DNA of 51,444 bases from a virus (IMGVR_UViG_3300032327_000733:1-51444), one strand, 5' to 3'. Shown: positions 21,275-29,938, counted from the stretch's first letter. Translations and numbers: made by a program. The notes: a model not told the origin generated them from the sequence alone.

Positions 21275-22513
21275 ATGGACATTCTAGCATACGCGGCACA
21301 AAAAAGAGCAGTTGATCTTTGTAACTGTTTATGCAATTGTGTTGCAGTCAACCAAGCAGTATACAACAATGCTAACAATTCAGCATATAATACGACTTTG
21401 AATACATCTTTAATCCCATATTACTGTGGTTGTTATAATTCGTATACTTGTTATCAAGCGCTTGGAAGAGAAGCTTTAGATAAAACTCCATGGTGTTATT
21501 GTAACTGGGTTTCAATCCCAACACTACCTGGTGGTAATACTTCTTATGCTGGACCAGGTGTATCAGGATTTCAAGTTTGTTCTACATCAGTAGGCAATGT
21601 AGGCTCTGGCGCTGGCGCTAGCGGATGCACATTTACAGTACCGGCTGGTATTTCTTATATTAGGTTTCAAATTTGGGGCGCTGGTGGTAATGCTGGATCT
21701 GGTCAATGTTGTGGTGGATCTGGTTTTGGTACAACTGGCGCCTACGCTTCTGTAATTATTCCCGCAATTACTGGTTGTCAGTATACTTTGTGCGCTGGTT
21801 CTGTAGCTACTATTAATCCAAATAGACTATCAAATTATACTAATGCCAGTTGTATAAGCAATGCTTCGTCAGTAAATGGGTTTGGCTTGACTAATTTTTG
21901 CGCTATGGGTGGTAGAGGTTTTGCTCCTAGTTGTATTATGGCTAATGATATATCTGCTGGTTCCGCTGTTTCTAATTGTAGATGGGGTTCTCCAGACTGT
22001 ATCGGTGGCGGTAATGCTGGCGCTTGTATCTGTAATGCTGGAAACGATTATTGTTTCGCCTTTGCTTGCGCAACTTGTGGTTGTATTCCATTTTCTAAAG
22101 CTAATCAAATTACATATTATGGAAAAAACACTTTTAATATCAATTGCTGCTGTTCTGCAATCAATTGTTCGTTTCCGGCATTTTGGTGGGGGCAAGTTGT
22201 TGGTATCAATGGTATGAATGGTTCTACATGTTATGATGCTGGCTTTTGTGGTACTCACTGCCATCCACCAATTTATGGATTTGAAACAGTTTCTCAATGT
22301 GTTGTTATTAGCAATGGCGTTGGGGCAGGAACAGCGGCAGGTGGTTTATGCTGTAATGGATGCGCATATAACTTTATGAGATATCCAGGTGCTGGTGGAA
22401 CTGGTGTATTTCTTTATGGTGGATGTATTGCAACATGTGATCCAGCTAACTGTGCTTCGGGATGTGGTGGTGACATCGGTCGTGGGGGAATGGTCTGCGT
22501 TTCTTACGTCTAA
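21275..22513 (+). CDS. Cys-rich glycine-rich adhesin-like virion protein (paralog 2)
   Basis: 42 Cys in 412 aa by manual count. Shares IPTLP, TVPxG..RFQxWGAG, GAYASVIIPA..GCQYTLCAG and GGxVCVxY with 19442..20590. Confidence 0.7.
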   Translation: MDILAYAAQKRAVDLCNCLCNCVAVNQAVYNNANNSAYNTTLNTSLIPYYCGCYNSYTCYQALGREALDKTPWCYCNWVSIPTLPGGNTSYAGPGVSGFQVCSTSVGNVGSGAGASGCTFTVPAGISYIRFQIWGAGGNAGSGQCCGGSGFGTTGAYASVIIPAITGCQYTLCAGSVATINPNRLSNYTNASCISNASSVNGFGLTNFCAMGGRGFAPSCIMANDISAGSAVSNCRWGSPDCIGGGNAGACICNAGNDYCFAFACATCGCIPFSKANQITYYGKNTFNINCCCSAINCSFPAFWWGQVVGINGMNGSTCYDAGFCGTHCHPPIYGFETVSQCVVISNGVGAGTAAGGLCCNGCAYNFMRYPGAGGTGVFLYGGCIATCDPANCASGCGGDIGRGGMVCVSYV

Positions 22514-22521
22514 TCTGACCA

Positions 22522-22529
22522 TATAAATA
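22522..22529 (+). promoter_or_regulatory. T4-type late promoter upstream of the glycosyltransferase/carbamoyltransferase pair
   Basis: Exact intergenic TATAAATA, 36 nt before the ATG at 22565. Confidence 0.8.
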
Positions 22530-22564
22530 CCAATGTTATTATTGACTGTCGTGAAAGGTATATT

Positions 22565-23518
22565 ATGGATAAAGCATTCTTCATCAACGGCGGAGCTGGG
22601 CGAGTTCTTTGTGCAATCCCAGCTCTAGAAAAATACGCAGAGAAAAACGAAAACTTCATTATTGTTGCTGAGGGTTGGATGGAGCTATTTGCTGGCTCAC
22701 CAAAACTCCGCGACAAAGTTTTTCATGTAATGCACAATCGTCTATTCGAAGATCATCTTCTAGACAAAGAAATCGTATCCCCAGAACCTTATCGCCTCAA
22801 TGCTTATTACAATCAAAAATGTAATCTGATTCAGGCATTTGATATGATGATCAACGATCTTAAGGAAGTTCCTCCGGTTTCAAAAATCAATATGGAACTT
22901 TCCAAGAAGGAACAGATTGATGGTTATGAAATCGTCAATGATGTTCGTAAGATGAAAGGCAAAGAAAAGGTAATCGTCTTTCAGCCTTTCGGTAGTAGTG
23001 TAACTCAGCAGTCAAACTTCATCTTTGATACAAGTGGTCGGTCATTCGAACTAGCCGATACACTAAAAATTATAGACGAACTGAAGAAAGACTATGGTAT
23101 CATTCTGATGTCTCAGATTCCCATACAAACAACAGAAGAAAACGTTGTCGCTTGGCCACAGAATCTAAACATTCGACAGTGGATGGGTGTAATCAATGCC
23201 TGTGATCACTTCCTTGGTTGCGACAGCCTAGGTCAGCATATCGCCTACGCTTTGAACAAAACAGCAACTGTTGTTATTGGTTCGACCTGCCCAGAAAACA
23301 TTACCTACCAGGATGAGAAGAACTTCAATATCATTGATTGTGGTAAGGACAAACGTAGATATATACCTATGAGAGTTACGATGGATGACTCGATTGATCG
23401 TAATAATGAAGCATTGATGGTTCTCAGCGAGGATCATTTCAAAAGAATTGTTGAGTCAGTGAAACAGAGAACTGGTGTTGGATCTAAAGACATCAAGTCT
23501 AAATTTGGAGCTAAGTGA
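22565..23518 (+). CDS. GT-B glycosyltransferase, GT9 (ADP-heptose heptosyltransferase)-like
   Basis: N-terminal 'NGGAGRVLCAIPAL' (cf. GxGD of GT9) and C-terminal 'INACDHFLGCDSLGQHIAYALNKTATVVIGST' (cf. DSGxxHxAxA motif). Confidence 0.7.
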   Translation: MDKAFFINGGAGRVLCAIPALEKYAEKNENFIIVAEGWMELFAGSPKLRDKVFHVMHNRLFEDHLLDKEIVSPEPYRLNAYYNQKCNLIQAFDMMINDLKEVPPVSKINMELSKKEQIDGYEIVNDVRKMKGKEKVIVFQPFGSSVTQQSNFIFDTSGRSFELADTLKIIDELKKDYGIILMSQIPIQTTEENVVAWPQNLNIRQWMGVINACDHFLGCDSLGQHIAYALNKTATVVIGSTCPENITYQDEKNFNIIDCGKDKRRYIPMRVTMDDSIDRNNEALMVLSEDHFKRIVESVKQRTGVGSKDIKSKFGAK

Positions 23519-25323
23519 TGATGACTGGTTATATTGCGGGTATCGCGCGCGGACACAATTCTGGCGTGTGTCTGCTAAAAGATGGTGAGATTGTTTTCAG
23601 TATTGAAGAAGAGCGCCTGACTCGCCAGAAGTATGATGGTGGTCCACTTGCTTCTATGATGAAGATTATGGAGTATACAGACAAGATCGACTACCTTGTT
23701 ATTGCTCATACTCAGTCACTCAAGGAAACCGCTGGTAAGATTGATTACACTGGCGATGATGTTTACACTGGTCTTGCTCGTAAGTTAGGTCTTATTGATC
23801 GTAAACAAGATCTACATAATCATCCCCAGGTAATCGATCTAAGTCATATTCACCACAAGCTTCATGCTGCTGCAGCTTTCTATCGTTCAGGATTTGAGAC
23901 TGCAACGGGTGTTGTTATTGATGGTGCTGGTACATTCATTGTATTGAATGGTCCATCAGGTGAAAGTATGTTCTGGGAAACAGAATCAATCTTTGAATGT
24001 TCCTACCCATCCAACTTCAAAACAATTTACAAGCACCTTGGTACTCGTGGACCGACTCAGAGCGTAATCGTCAAGGATATGACTGGTGCTATGTATGGCG
24101 AGCAGGATCAGCACGAGTGCTATATTACCGAACGGGCAGGTATTACTAAAGTTTATGAAGCAGTAACAGAATATTGTGGCTGGTCTTCAATTGAAGCTGG
24201 TAAGACTATGGGTCTCTTTCCATATGGTAAAGAGAATCCTAATATCCCGCCTTTGTTTGATGATTCAGGGATTTATACCTCAGCAAATCGTAATTTGATT
24301 ATTCCTCGTTATCCGAATGGTGCTATTGTGAATAACTTTGGTTTCAAAGAACTAGAGGAAATGCCTTCTGGTAATGTCGATCCAACTACAATGCAGTCTC
24401 GTAGGGATATGGCATATGCTGTTCAAACTCAAACACAGCGTCAGGCTCTAGAGTTGATCAAGAAAGCAGTTGAACGCACAGGAAACAAAAACGTTGTTCT
24501 GAGTGGTGGCTATGCTCTAAACTGTGTTGCTAACTATTTCTATCTCTCAGAACTCAACGAGCTCGGTATCAACCTGTATGTCGAACCAGTAAGTAATGAT
24601 GCTGGTACGGCTATGGGTGCTGCCTTTATGGTCTATCACGGTACCAATGAAGAAGCTCCTGTGCGCGAGAGAAACGAAACTCTTTACCTCGGTCCGAAGT
24701 ATGAGTTTGATGACTCCGATACATTAATAGATTTAGACGAAAATGTCTTACTTGTAAATGCTGATTATGAAAAGATCGTCGATCTATTGATTGACAAAAA
24801 CATCGTTGCTATGTTCCAGGGTCGTTCAGAAAATGGACCAAGAGCATTGGGTAATCGCTCTATTCTGTTTGATCCTACATTCGAGGATGGCAAGGATTTT
24901 GTCAATCAGGTCAAGCGTCGTGAATACTTCAGACCGTTTGCTGCAACAGTATTAGCTGAGCATGCTGACGAATGGTTTGATCTTCGTGGTATGAAAGAGT
25001 CACCTTCTATGATGTATGCAGTCAACTGCAGAGAAGGTGTTGAAAAGAAAGTTCCTAGCGTAATCCACGTTGATAACACTTGTAGAATACAAACGGTTAC
25101 CAAGGAACAGAATGAGCATTTCTACAATCTAATCAGCGCATTCAACAAAGAAAAAAATGTTCCGATGCTCTTCAATACCAGTTTCAATCTAGGTGGCGAT
25201 CCTCTGGTCGAGACGCTTCAGGACGCTATCAACACACTAAAGAACTCTCAGATTGAATACCTGTATTTGCCTGAGTATGGTAAGCTGATCGTTATCAAAA
25301 ATATGTTTAAGTTAAGCTATTAG
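23518..25323 (+). CDS. Carbamoyltransferase, NodU/CmcH/TobZ family
   Basis: 'HNSGVCLLKDGEIVFSIEEERLTRQK', 'HHKLHAAAAFY', 'SGGYALNCVAN', 'GPRALGNRSIL', 'KRREYFRPFA', 'FNTSFNLGGDPLVET'. Confidence 0.95.
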   Translation: MMTGYIAGIARGHNSGVCLLKDGEIVFSIEEERLTRQKYDGGPLASMMKIMEYTDKIDYLVIAHTQSLKETAGKIDYTGDDVYTGLARKLGLIDRKQDLHNHPQVIDLSHIHHKLHAAAAFYRSGFETATGVVIDGAGTFIVLNGPSGESMFWETESIFECSYPSNFKTIYKHLGTRGPTQSVIVKDMTGAMYGEQDQHECYITERAGITKVYEAVTEYCGWSSIEAGKTMGLFPYGKENPNIPPLFDDSGIYTSANRNLIIPRYPNGAIVNNFGFKELEEMPSGNVDPTTMQSRRDMAYAVQTQTQRQALELIKKAVERTGNKNVVLSGGYALNCVANYFYLSELNELGINLYVEPVSNDAGTAMGAAFMVYHGTNEEAPVRERNETLYLGPKYEFDDSDTLIDLDENVLLVNADYEKIVDLLIDKNIVAMFQGRSENGPRALGNRSILFDPTFEDGKDFVNQVKRREYFRPFAATVLAEHADEWFDLRGMKESPSMMYAVNCREGVEKKVPSVIHVDNTCRIQTVTKEQNEHFYNLISAFNKEKNVPMLFNTSFNLGGDPLVETLQDAINTLKNSQIEYLYLPEYGKLIVIKNMFKLSY

Positions 25324-25915
25324 CAAAATCATACAAGGAGTTGAAGATCTCGGTTTTCTTTTTCAACTCCTTGTATGAAAACTTGTTCAGGTTGACTTCT
25401 GCTTCAATACCTTTACCTGTTCTTACAAGTATTGGTTTGGAGCTTATCTTCTGTGCAACCTTCAAGTCATTGATACAATCACCTACATACCAACCTTTAC
25501 TAAAGTCAATATGTGGATTTTCTCTCTCACAGCGTTTGAACATACCAGTGTTTGGAATGGCGTAATCATCTTCTTTCAAGTTGCTTGTTGAGTAGTAAAT
25601 GGCATCAATTGATGAACAACCAGCTTCACCAAGTAGTTTTAGCATATGTTGGTGAACAGAGTCTACTTCCTGAGAACTAAACAAACCTTTGCTAATCCCT
25701 GGCTGATTATGAACGATGACTATTTTATAACCCTTGGAGCGCATCAATGCTACTGCTTCGAGGCTCTTTGCTATAGGTCTGAACATTTCCGGTCTATAGA
25801 CGTAATCATCACAATGGTTGATGATACCATCTCTACCAATCCCAATAACTGGTTTGTGAGTAGAGTATGATTTTGTAAAGGAAGGTGTTGCGTTGTATTC
25901 AAGCACGTTAAACAT
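25307..25915 (-). CDS. gmhB: GmhB/HisB-N-like HAD phosphatase homolog with degenerate catalytic motifs
   Basis: 'GRDGIIN', 'HNQPGI', 'VHQHM', 'PNTGMF', 'YVGD..NDLK.A', 'LVRTGKG'. RBS GGAG on the minus strand. Confidence 0.8.
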   Translation of the reverse strand: MFNVLEYNATPSFTKSYSTHKPVIGIGRDGIINHCDDYVYRPEMFRPIAKSLEAVALMRSKGYKIVIVHNQPGISKGLFSSQEVDSVHQHMLKLLGEAGCSSIDAIYYSTSNLKEDDYAIPNTGMFKRCERENPHIDFSKGWYVGDCINDLKVAQKISSKPILVRTGKGIEAEVNLNKFSYKELKKKTEIFNSLYDFANSLT

Positions 25916-25942
25916 AATAAAACTAACTCCAAAGGTATTACA

Positions 25943-26476
25943 ATGAATCTAAAAGAAGCGACCAAAGACAAACACAAGGAAGCCGAAAATCATCGGTTTG
26001 TCAAGTATTTATTCGCTGGCTCAATAACCGACGAAGTCTATTCGGATTACCTTTACAATCAGTACATAGCATACAAAGTTTTGGAAGAAAGAGCAGAGAG
26101 TTGTGGCTTGCTTGAGGGTATTGAAAAGATCAAGAGAGCGGACAAAATCCTAAAAGACTTCCAAGAACTTGGTATGGAAAAACAGCCAAACTTATATGTT
26201 TCAACGATTATGTATAATGTCTATGTCAAAAAAATGCCGGATGAATCAATCATTGCTCATCTGTATGTCAGACATTTCGGTGACATGTTTGGCGGTCAGA
26301 TGATAAAGAAGTTGGTTCCTGGCTCTGGAAGTATGTATGAGTTTGAAGATAAAAACATTTTGATAAATAATATCAGATCTAGACTGTCATTAGATTTGGC
26401 TGACGAAGCTAATAAAGTGTTTGACTTCGCTATCAGATTATTTGAGGATTTAGCTAATGAGTATGATATTCAATAG
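25943..26476 (+). CDS. hemO: Heme oxygenase (phage HemO/Ho1 type)
   Basis: 'LKEATKDKHKEAE' carries the proximal His. 'AHLYVRHFGDMFGGQMI' is the distal helix motif. Confidence 0.92.
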   Translation: MNLKEATKDKHKEAENHRFVKYLFAGSITDEVYSDYLYNQYIAYKVLEERAESCGLLEGIEKIKRADKILKDFQELGMEKQPNLYVSTIMYNVYVKKMPDESIIAHLYVRHFGDMFGGQMIKKLVPGSGSMYEFEDKNILINNIRSRLSLDLADEANKVFDFAIRLFEDLANEYDIQ

Positions 26477-27116
26477 ACTCATACGAGCATCAGACAATTT
26501 CCTGGATGTTCTAGCAAGAAAAGGAATTCCAGTTGAAGAAGATCATGACTTTGATTGGCCAAACTATGTTTTTAGATCCGGTGTATTTCGACGTGCACAT
26601 CTTGATGTCGTGGATGCGAGAGATACAAAAAAACTCTACATGATGCATCTGTGCATCTTCCCGCATACGAACGATCCAGGACCAATATACGGATTTGATC
26701 TAATAGCAGGTCCAAATAAAGTCACTGGCGCTTTTCATGATTTCTCGCCAGGCTACGACAAACAACACTACATGCTAGATTGGTTTCATGACAGAGTTGA
26801 TGGAATTGAATGGTCTAAAAAAAGAGAACTACCTCAGTGGGCAAAGAACATCTTTTCTGGTAGTATGGTCGCTGCAGGTAACATCAATACAATGGAAGAG
26901 CTTGATGATGTGCTTTCATTAGCTAATCAAACTCTTTCTTACTATCTCAATAACATAGGTAACTTGTCTGATATTGATTCAACAGATGCACAAAATTGGT
27001 ACTGTCATAATCAAAGACAGAATCCACACACTCCAAAAGTAATGGAATCGCTCGGATTTGATTCTGAAACTGTTGAACGATTTATCTCTTCTTGTTTGTT
27101 CCCAACAGTTCAATAA
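26457..27116 (+). CDS. pcyX: Ferredoxin-dependent bilin reductase, PcyX/PcyA type
   Basis: 'FRRAHLDVVD', 'MMHLCIFP', 'PIYGFDLIAG..KVTGAFHDFSP', 'RELPQWAKNIFS', 'YCHNQRQNPHT'. Overlaps the heme oxygenase stop. Confidence 0.85.
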   Translation: MSMIFNRLIRASDNFLDVLARKGIPVEEDHDFDWPNYVFRSGVFRRAHLDVVDARDTKKLYMMHLCIFPHTNDPGPIYGFDLIAGPNKVTGAFHDFSPGYDKQHYMLDWFHDRVDGIEWSKKRELPQWAKNIFSGSMVAAGNINTMEELDDVLSLANQTLSYYLNNIGNLSDIDSTDAQNWYCHNQRQNPHTPKVMESLGFDSETVERFISSCLFPTVQ

Positions 27117-27117
27117 A

Positions 27118-27125
27118 TATAAATA
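27118..27125 (+). promoter_or_regulatory. T4-type late promoter
   Basis: TATAAATA immediately after pcyX and upstream of the fibre gene. Confidence 0.8.
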
Positions 27126-27156
27126 GAAAAAACAATCTCAAGGATAGGGAACTGAG

Positions 27157-29178
27157 ATGGCCAATAATAACTTCGTAGTAAAGAACGGGCTAACCGTCAA
27201 CGGAAGCTTCACAGCCAATTCAACTGCTGTCAATGCAGCTGCTGTAACTGCAACATCTGTAAATGCAGCGACTCTTAGCATTTCCGGTAATTCTGTAGCA
27301 ACTCTGATAACAAGCAACGCAACAGCAGCTTACACCAACGCTATTGCATATGCCGATACGAAGTCAAGCGCAGCATACACTAATGCTGTAACATTGGCAA
27401 CAAATGCAACAAATATCAACAATGGCACTTTACCAGATGCAAGACTTAGCTCGGCTATCGTCAATACATCAGGCTCGTTCACTATAGGTGGTCCTATAAC
27501 GTTTTCCAACGTTGTATCATTCTCAAATACAATCGCAGCAAGTGGTTCTAACGGCACATCTGGTCAAGTGTTGACTTCTTCCGGACCATCCGGCAATGTT
27601 TTTTGGTCGTCCGTATCTCTAGGCGTCAATACAGCAGCTGCTTTCAGCTGGACAAATAGCCATATATTCTCTAACACATTAACAGTAAATGCATCGACGC
27701 TGAGTGTTGGTAATACAGTAGCAAACACTACAGTAACACTCGGAATGATCACGATCAGTAATGGTGCTGCTGTTGCAACAGTTAATTCAACTGTGTATAG
27801 CGGAACTGCTAATAACGCAGCTTCACTCAGCGGTGTTAGTTTAGCCACGCTTCAAGGTCAGATTACAGGCAATGCTGCTGTTGCTTACTCAAATGCTGTA
27901 GCCAATGCAGCTGCTTTGTATAAAACTGCAGCTGATCTATCTGCTAGCTCTGCTACTGCTTATTCTAATGCAATTGCGTATTCTGCTGTAGCTACGAATT
28001 TAAGCAGTGGCACAGTTCCAACTGCACGTCTTGCTTCTGGTACTGCCAGCTCCTCAACTTATCTTCGTGGCGATCAAACTTGGGCAACAACTGGTACAGT
28101 AACATCAGTAGCTAGTGGAACTGGTCTTACTGGCGGACCTGTCACTGGTACTGGTACAATATCATTGGCTACTGCTGGCGCGGGAGCGGCGACTTATTCT
28201 AGCGGTATTTCATCAATTACAGTTGATGCTTATGGTAGAGTATCTATCGTTTCTGGTTCTGCTGGTTATGTAACTTCTTCAGGAGTGACTTCTGTAGGCA
28301 CAGGAACAGGTCTTACTGGAGGAACTATCACCAGTACTGGTACAATATCATTAGCTGGTGCTGGTGCAGGTGCTGCCACTTATTCTAGTGGTATCTCGTC
28401 AATTACAGTTGATGCTTATGGTCGTGTAACTAGTGTTACTGGTTCTGCTGGCTATGTAACTACCTCTGGCTATAATTATAATTCTAGCCCCACTTTCAAT
28501 GCTATGACTGCTGTAACTCTAAACGCTTCAAATGAAATCAGAGGCGCTTCATTAGTATCGACCGGTGGTGCTGTTTATATGTCTGGCTCTTTAATTGCAT
28601 TCATGAATTGGGACGGCACTAACATCTCATTCAATAAATCTCTCTACACCTCCGGAGGCATGACCTCTACTACTGGATATTATACTCCTGCTAATATTCA
28701 AGGTGATGGGTTGTTTTATGGAGCAGGTGGTGGTTCGCCAAAATTGAGAGTCAATGGTGCTAGTGCACTTTACTTTTGGTGGAATGGTGATAATCTTGTA
28801 TATGACGTTGATGGCACATCGCGCGCTATTGACTATTTCGGATCATCTGACCAAAGACTAAAGACAAACATATCCACCACAGATGTGAAATCACTGCCTA
28901 TTGTCAATTCTATAGACTTGAAAAAGTTTGACTGGACGGATGAAGGATTAAAATATAATCTTTTACAAGAAAAAAATCGATCTGTAAAAATTGGTATTGT
29001 TGCACAAGAGCTTGCTCAGATAATTCCTGAAGCCATAGTAAAAGTTAAAGATGAAAAAGACGTTGAAACACAGTTAATTAAATATGATAACATAATACCA
29101 TATCTGATTGGTGCTATTCAAGAGCAACAAAAACAGATTGCTGATCTACAAGCTCAAATCAATTTGTTAAAGAAATAA
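27157..29178 (+). CDS. Tail fibre with C-terminal intramolecular chaperone (peptidase S74) domain
   Basis: N-terminal 'NFVVKNGL'. C-terminal 'SSDQRLKTNI...GIVAQEL..IIPEAI..YDNIIPYLIGAIQEQQKQI'. Confidence 0.85.
   Translation: MANNNFVVKNGLTVNGSFTANSTAVNAAAVTATSVNAATLSISGNSVATLITSNATAAYTNAIAYADTKSSAAYTNAVTLATNATNINNGTLPDARLSSAIVNTSGSFTIGGPITFSNVVSFSNTIAASGSNGTSGQVLTSSGPSGNVFWSSVSLGVNTAAAFSWTNSHIFSNTLTVNASTLSVGNTVANTTVTLGMITISNGAAVATVNSTVYSGTANNAASLSGVSLATLQGQITGNAAVAYSNAVANAAALYKTAADLSASSATAYSNAIAYSAVATNLSSGTVPTARLASGTASSSTYLRGDQTWATTGTVTSVASGTGLTGGPVTGTGTISLATAGAGAATYSSGISSITVDAYGRVSIVSGSAGYVTSSGVTSVGTGTGLTGGTITSTGTISLAGAGAGAATYSSGISSITVDAYGRVTSVTGSAGYVTTSGYNYNSSPTFNAMTAVTLNASNEIRGASLVSTGGAVYMSGSLIAFMNWDGTNISFNKSLYTSGGMTSTTGYYTPANIQGDGLFYGAGGGSPKLRVNGASALYFWWNGDNLVYDVDGTSRAIDYFGSSDQRLKTNISTTDVKSLPIVNSIDLKKFDWTDEGLKYNLLQEKNRSVKIGIVAQELAQIIPEAIVKVKDEKDVETQLIKYDNIIPYLIGAIQEQQKQIADLQAQINLLKK
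28099..28470 (+). repeat. 186-nt tandem duplication (62 aa, two copies) in the fibre shaft
   Basis: VTSV..GTGLTGG..TISLA.AGAGAATYSSGISSITVDAYGRV..V.GSAGYVT.SG occurs twice. caattacagttgatgcttatggt is identical in both copies. Confidence 0.9.
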
Positions 29179-29193
29179 TATAGGATCACTCTT

Positions 29194-29934
29194 ATGGCAA
29201 CACCTACGACAAAAGATCAGTTTAAAGAGTATTGCCTAAGAACTCTGGGCAAACCTGTCATCGAAATCAACGTTGATGACGATCAGGTCGATGATCGTAT
29301 TGATGAAGCTCTGAAGTATTACTGGGATTATCACTTCGATGGTTCCGAAAGAACTTTTTACAAATATCAGATCACGGATAACGATAAGACAAACAGATAC
29401 ATCACGATGCCAGAGAACATCATTGGTGCTGTCAATCTGTTCCCGATTGGTCAAGCATTGAACACCAACAATCTGTTCAATATCCGCTATCAGATTGCTC
29501 TGAACGATCTTTACACACTTACATCTGTATCAATGGTTCCTTACTACATGGCACTGACGCATGTTCAGTTCCTAGAACAGATGCTCGTTGGTCAGCAACC
29601 TATTCGTTATAACAGAAACGTAAATCGTCTGTATATCGATATGGACTGGAACATCGTAAACACCGGAGACTACATCATTGTAGAAGCTTACCAGATCGTT
29701 GATCCGGCATTATTCCCTGACGTATGGAAAGATCGTTGGCTTCTTCGCTACGCTACTTGCTTGATCAAACAGCAGTGGGGCGCGAACCTTTCTAAGTTCA
29801 TTGGAATGACTCTCCCAGGCGGTATTCAGTTCAATGGTCAAAAAATCTACGATGATGCCATACGCGAGCGTGGCGAGTTAGAACGCGAGATGATCACCAG
29901 TTATTCACTCCCGGTTACAGATATGATCGGCTAA
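29194..29934 (+). CDS. gp13: Neck protein gp13
   Basis: 'YCLRTLGKPVIEINVDDDQVDDRIDEAL', 'KQQWGANLSKF.G.TLPGGI'; synteny. Confidence 0.93.
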   Translation: MATPTTKDQFKEYCLRTLGKPVIEINVDDDQVDDRIDEALKYYWDYHFDGSERTFYKYQITDNDKTNRYITMPENIIGAVNLFPIGQALNTNNLFNIRYQIALNDLYTLTSVSMVPYYMALTHVQFLEQMLVGQQPIRYNRNVNRLYIDMDWNIVNTGDYIIVEAYQIVDPALFPDVWKDRWLLRYATCLIKQQWGANLSKFIGMTLPGGIQFNGQKIYDDAIRERGELEREMITSYSLPVTDMIG

Positions 29935-29938
29935 CACG

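Noticed and set aside
25943-27116. Calling this a cyanophage because of heme oxygenase and bilin reductase
   Set aside because: There are no photosynthesis genes in the window, and hemO/pcyX-type pairs are known from phages of non-cyanobacterial hosts. The host cannot be fixed from this window.
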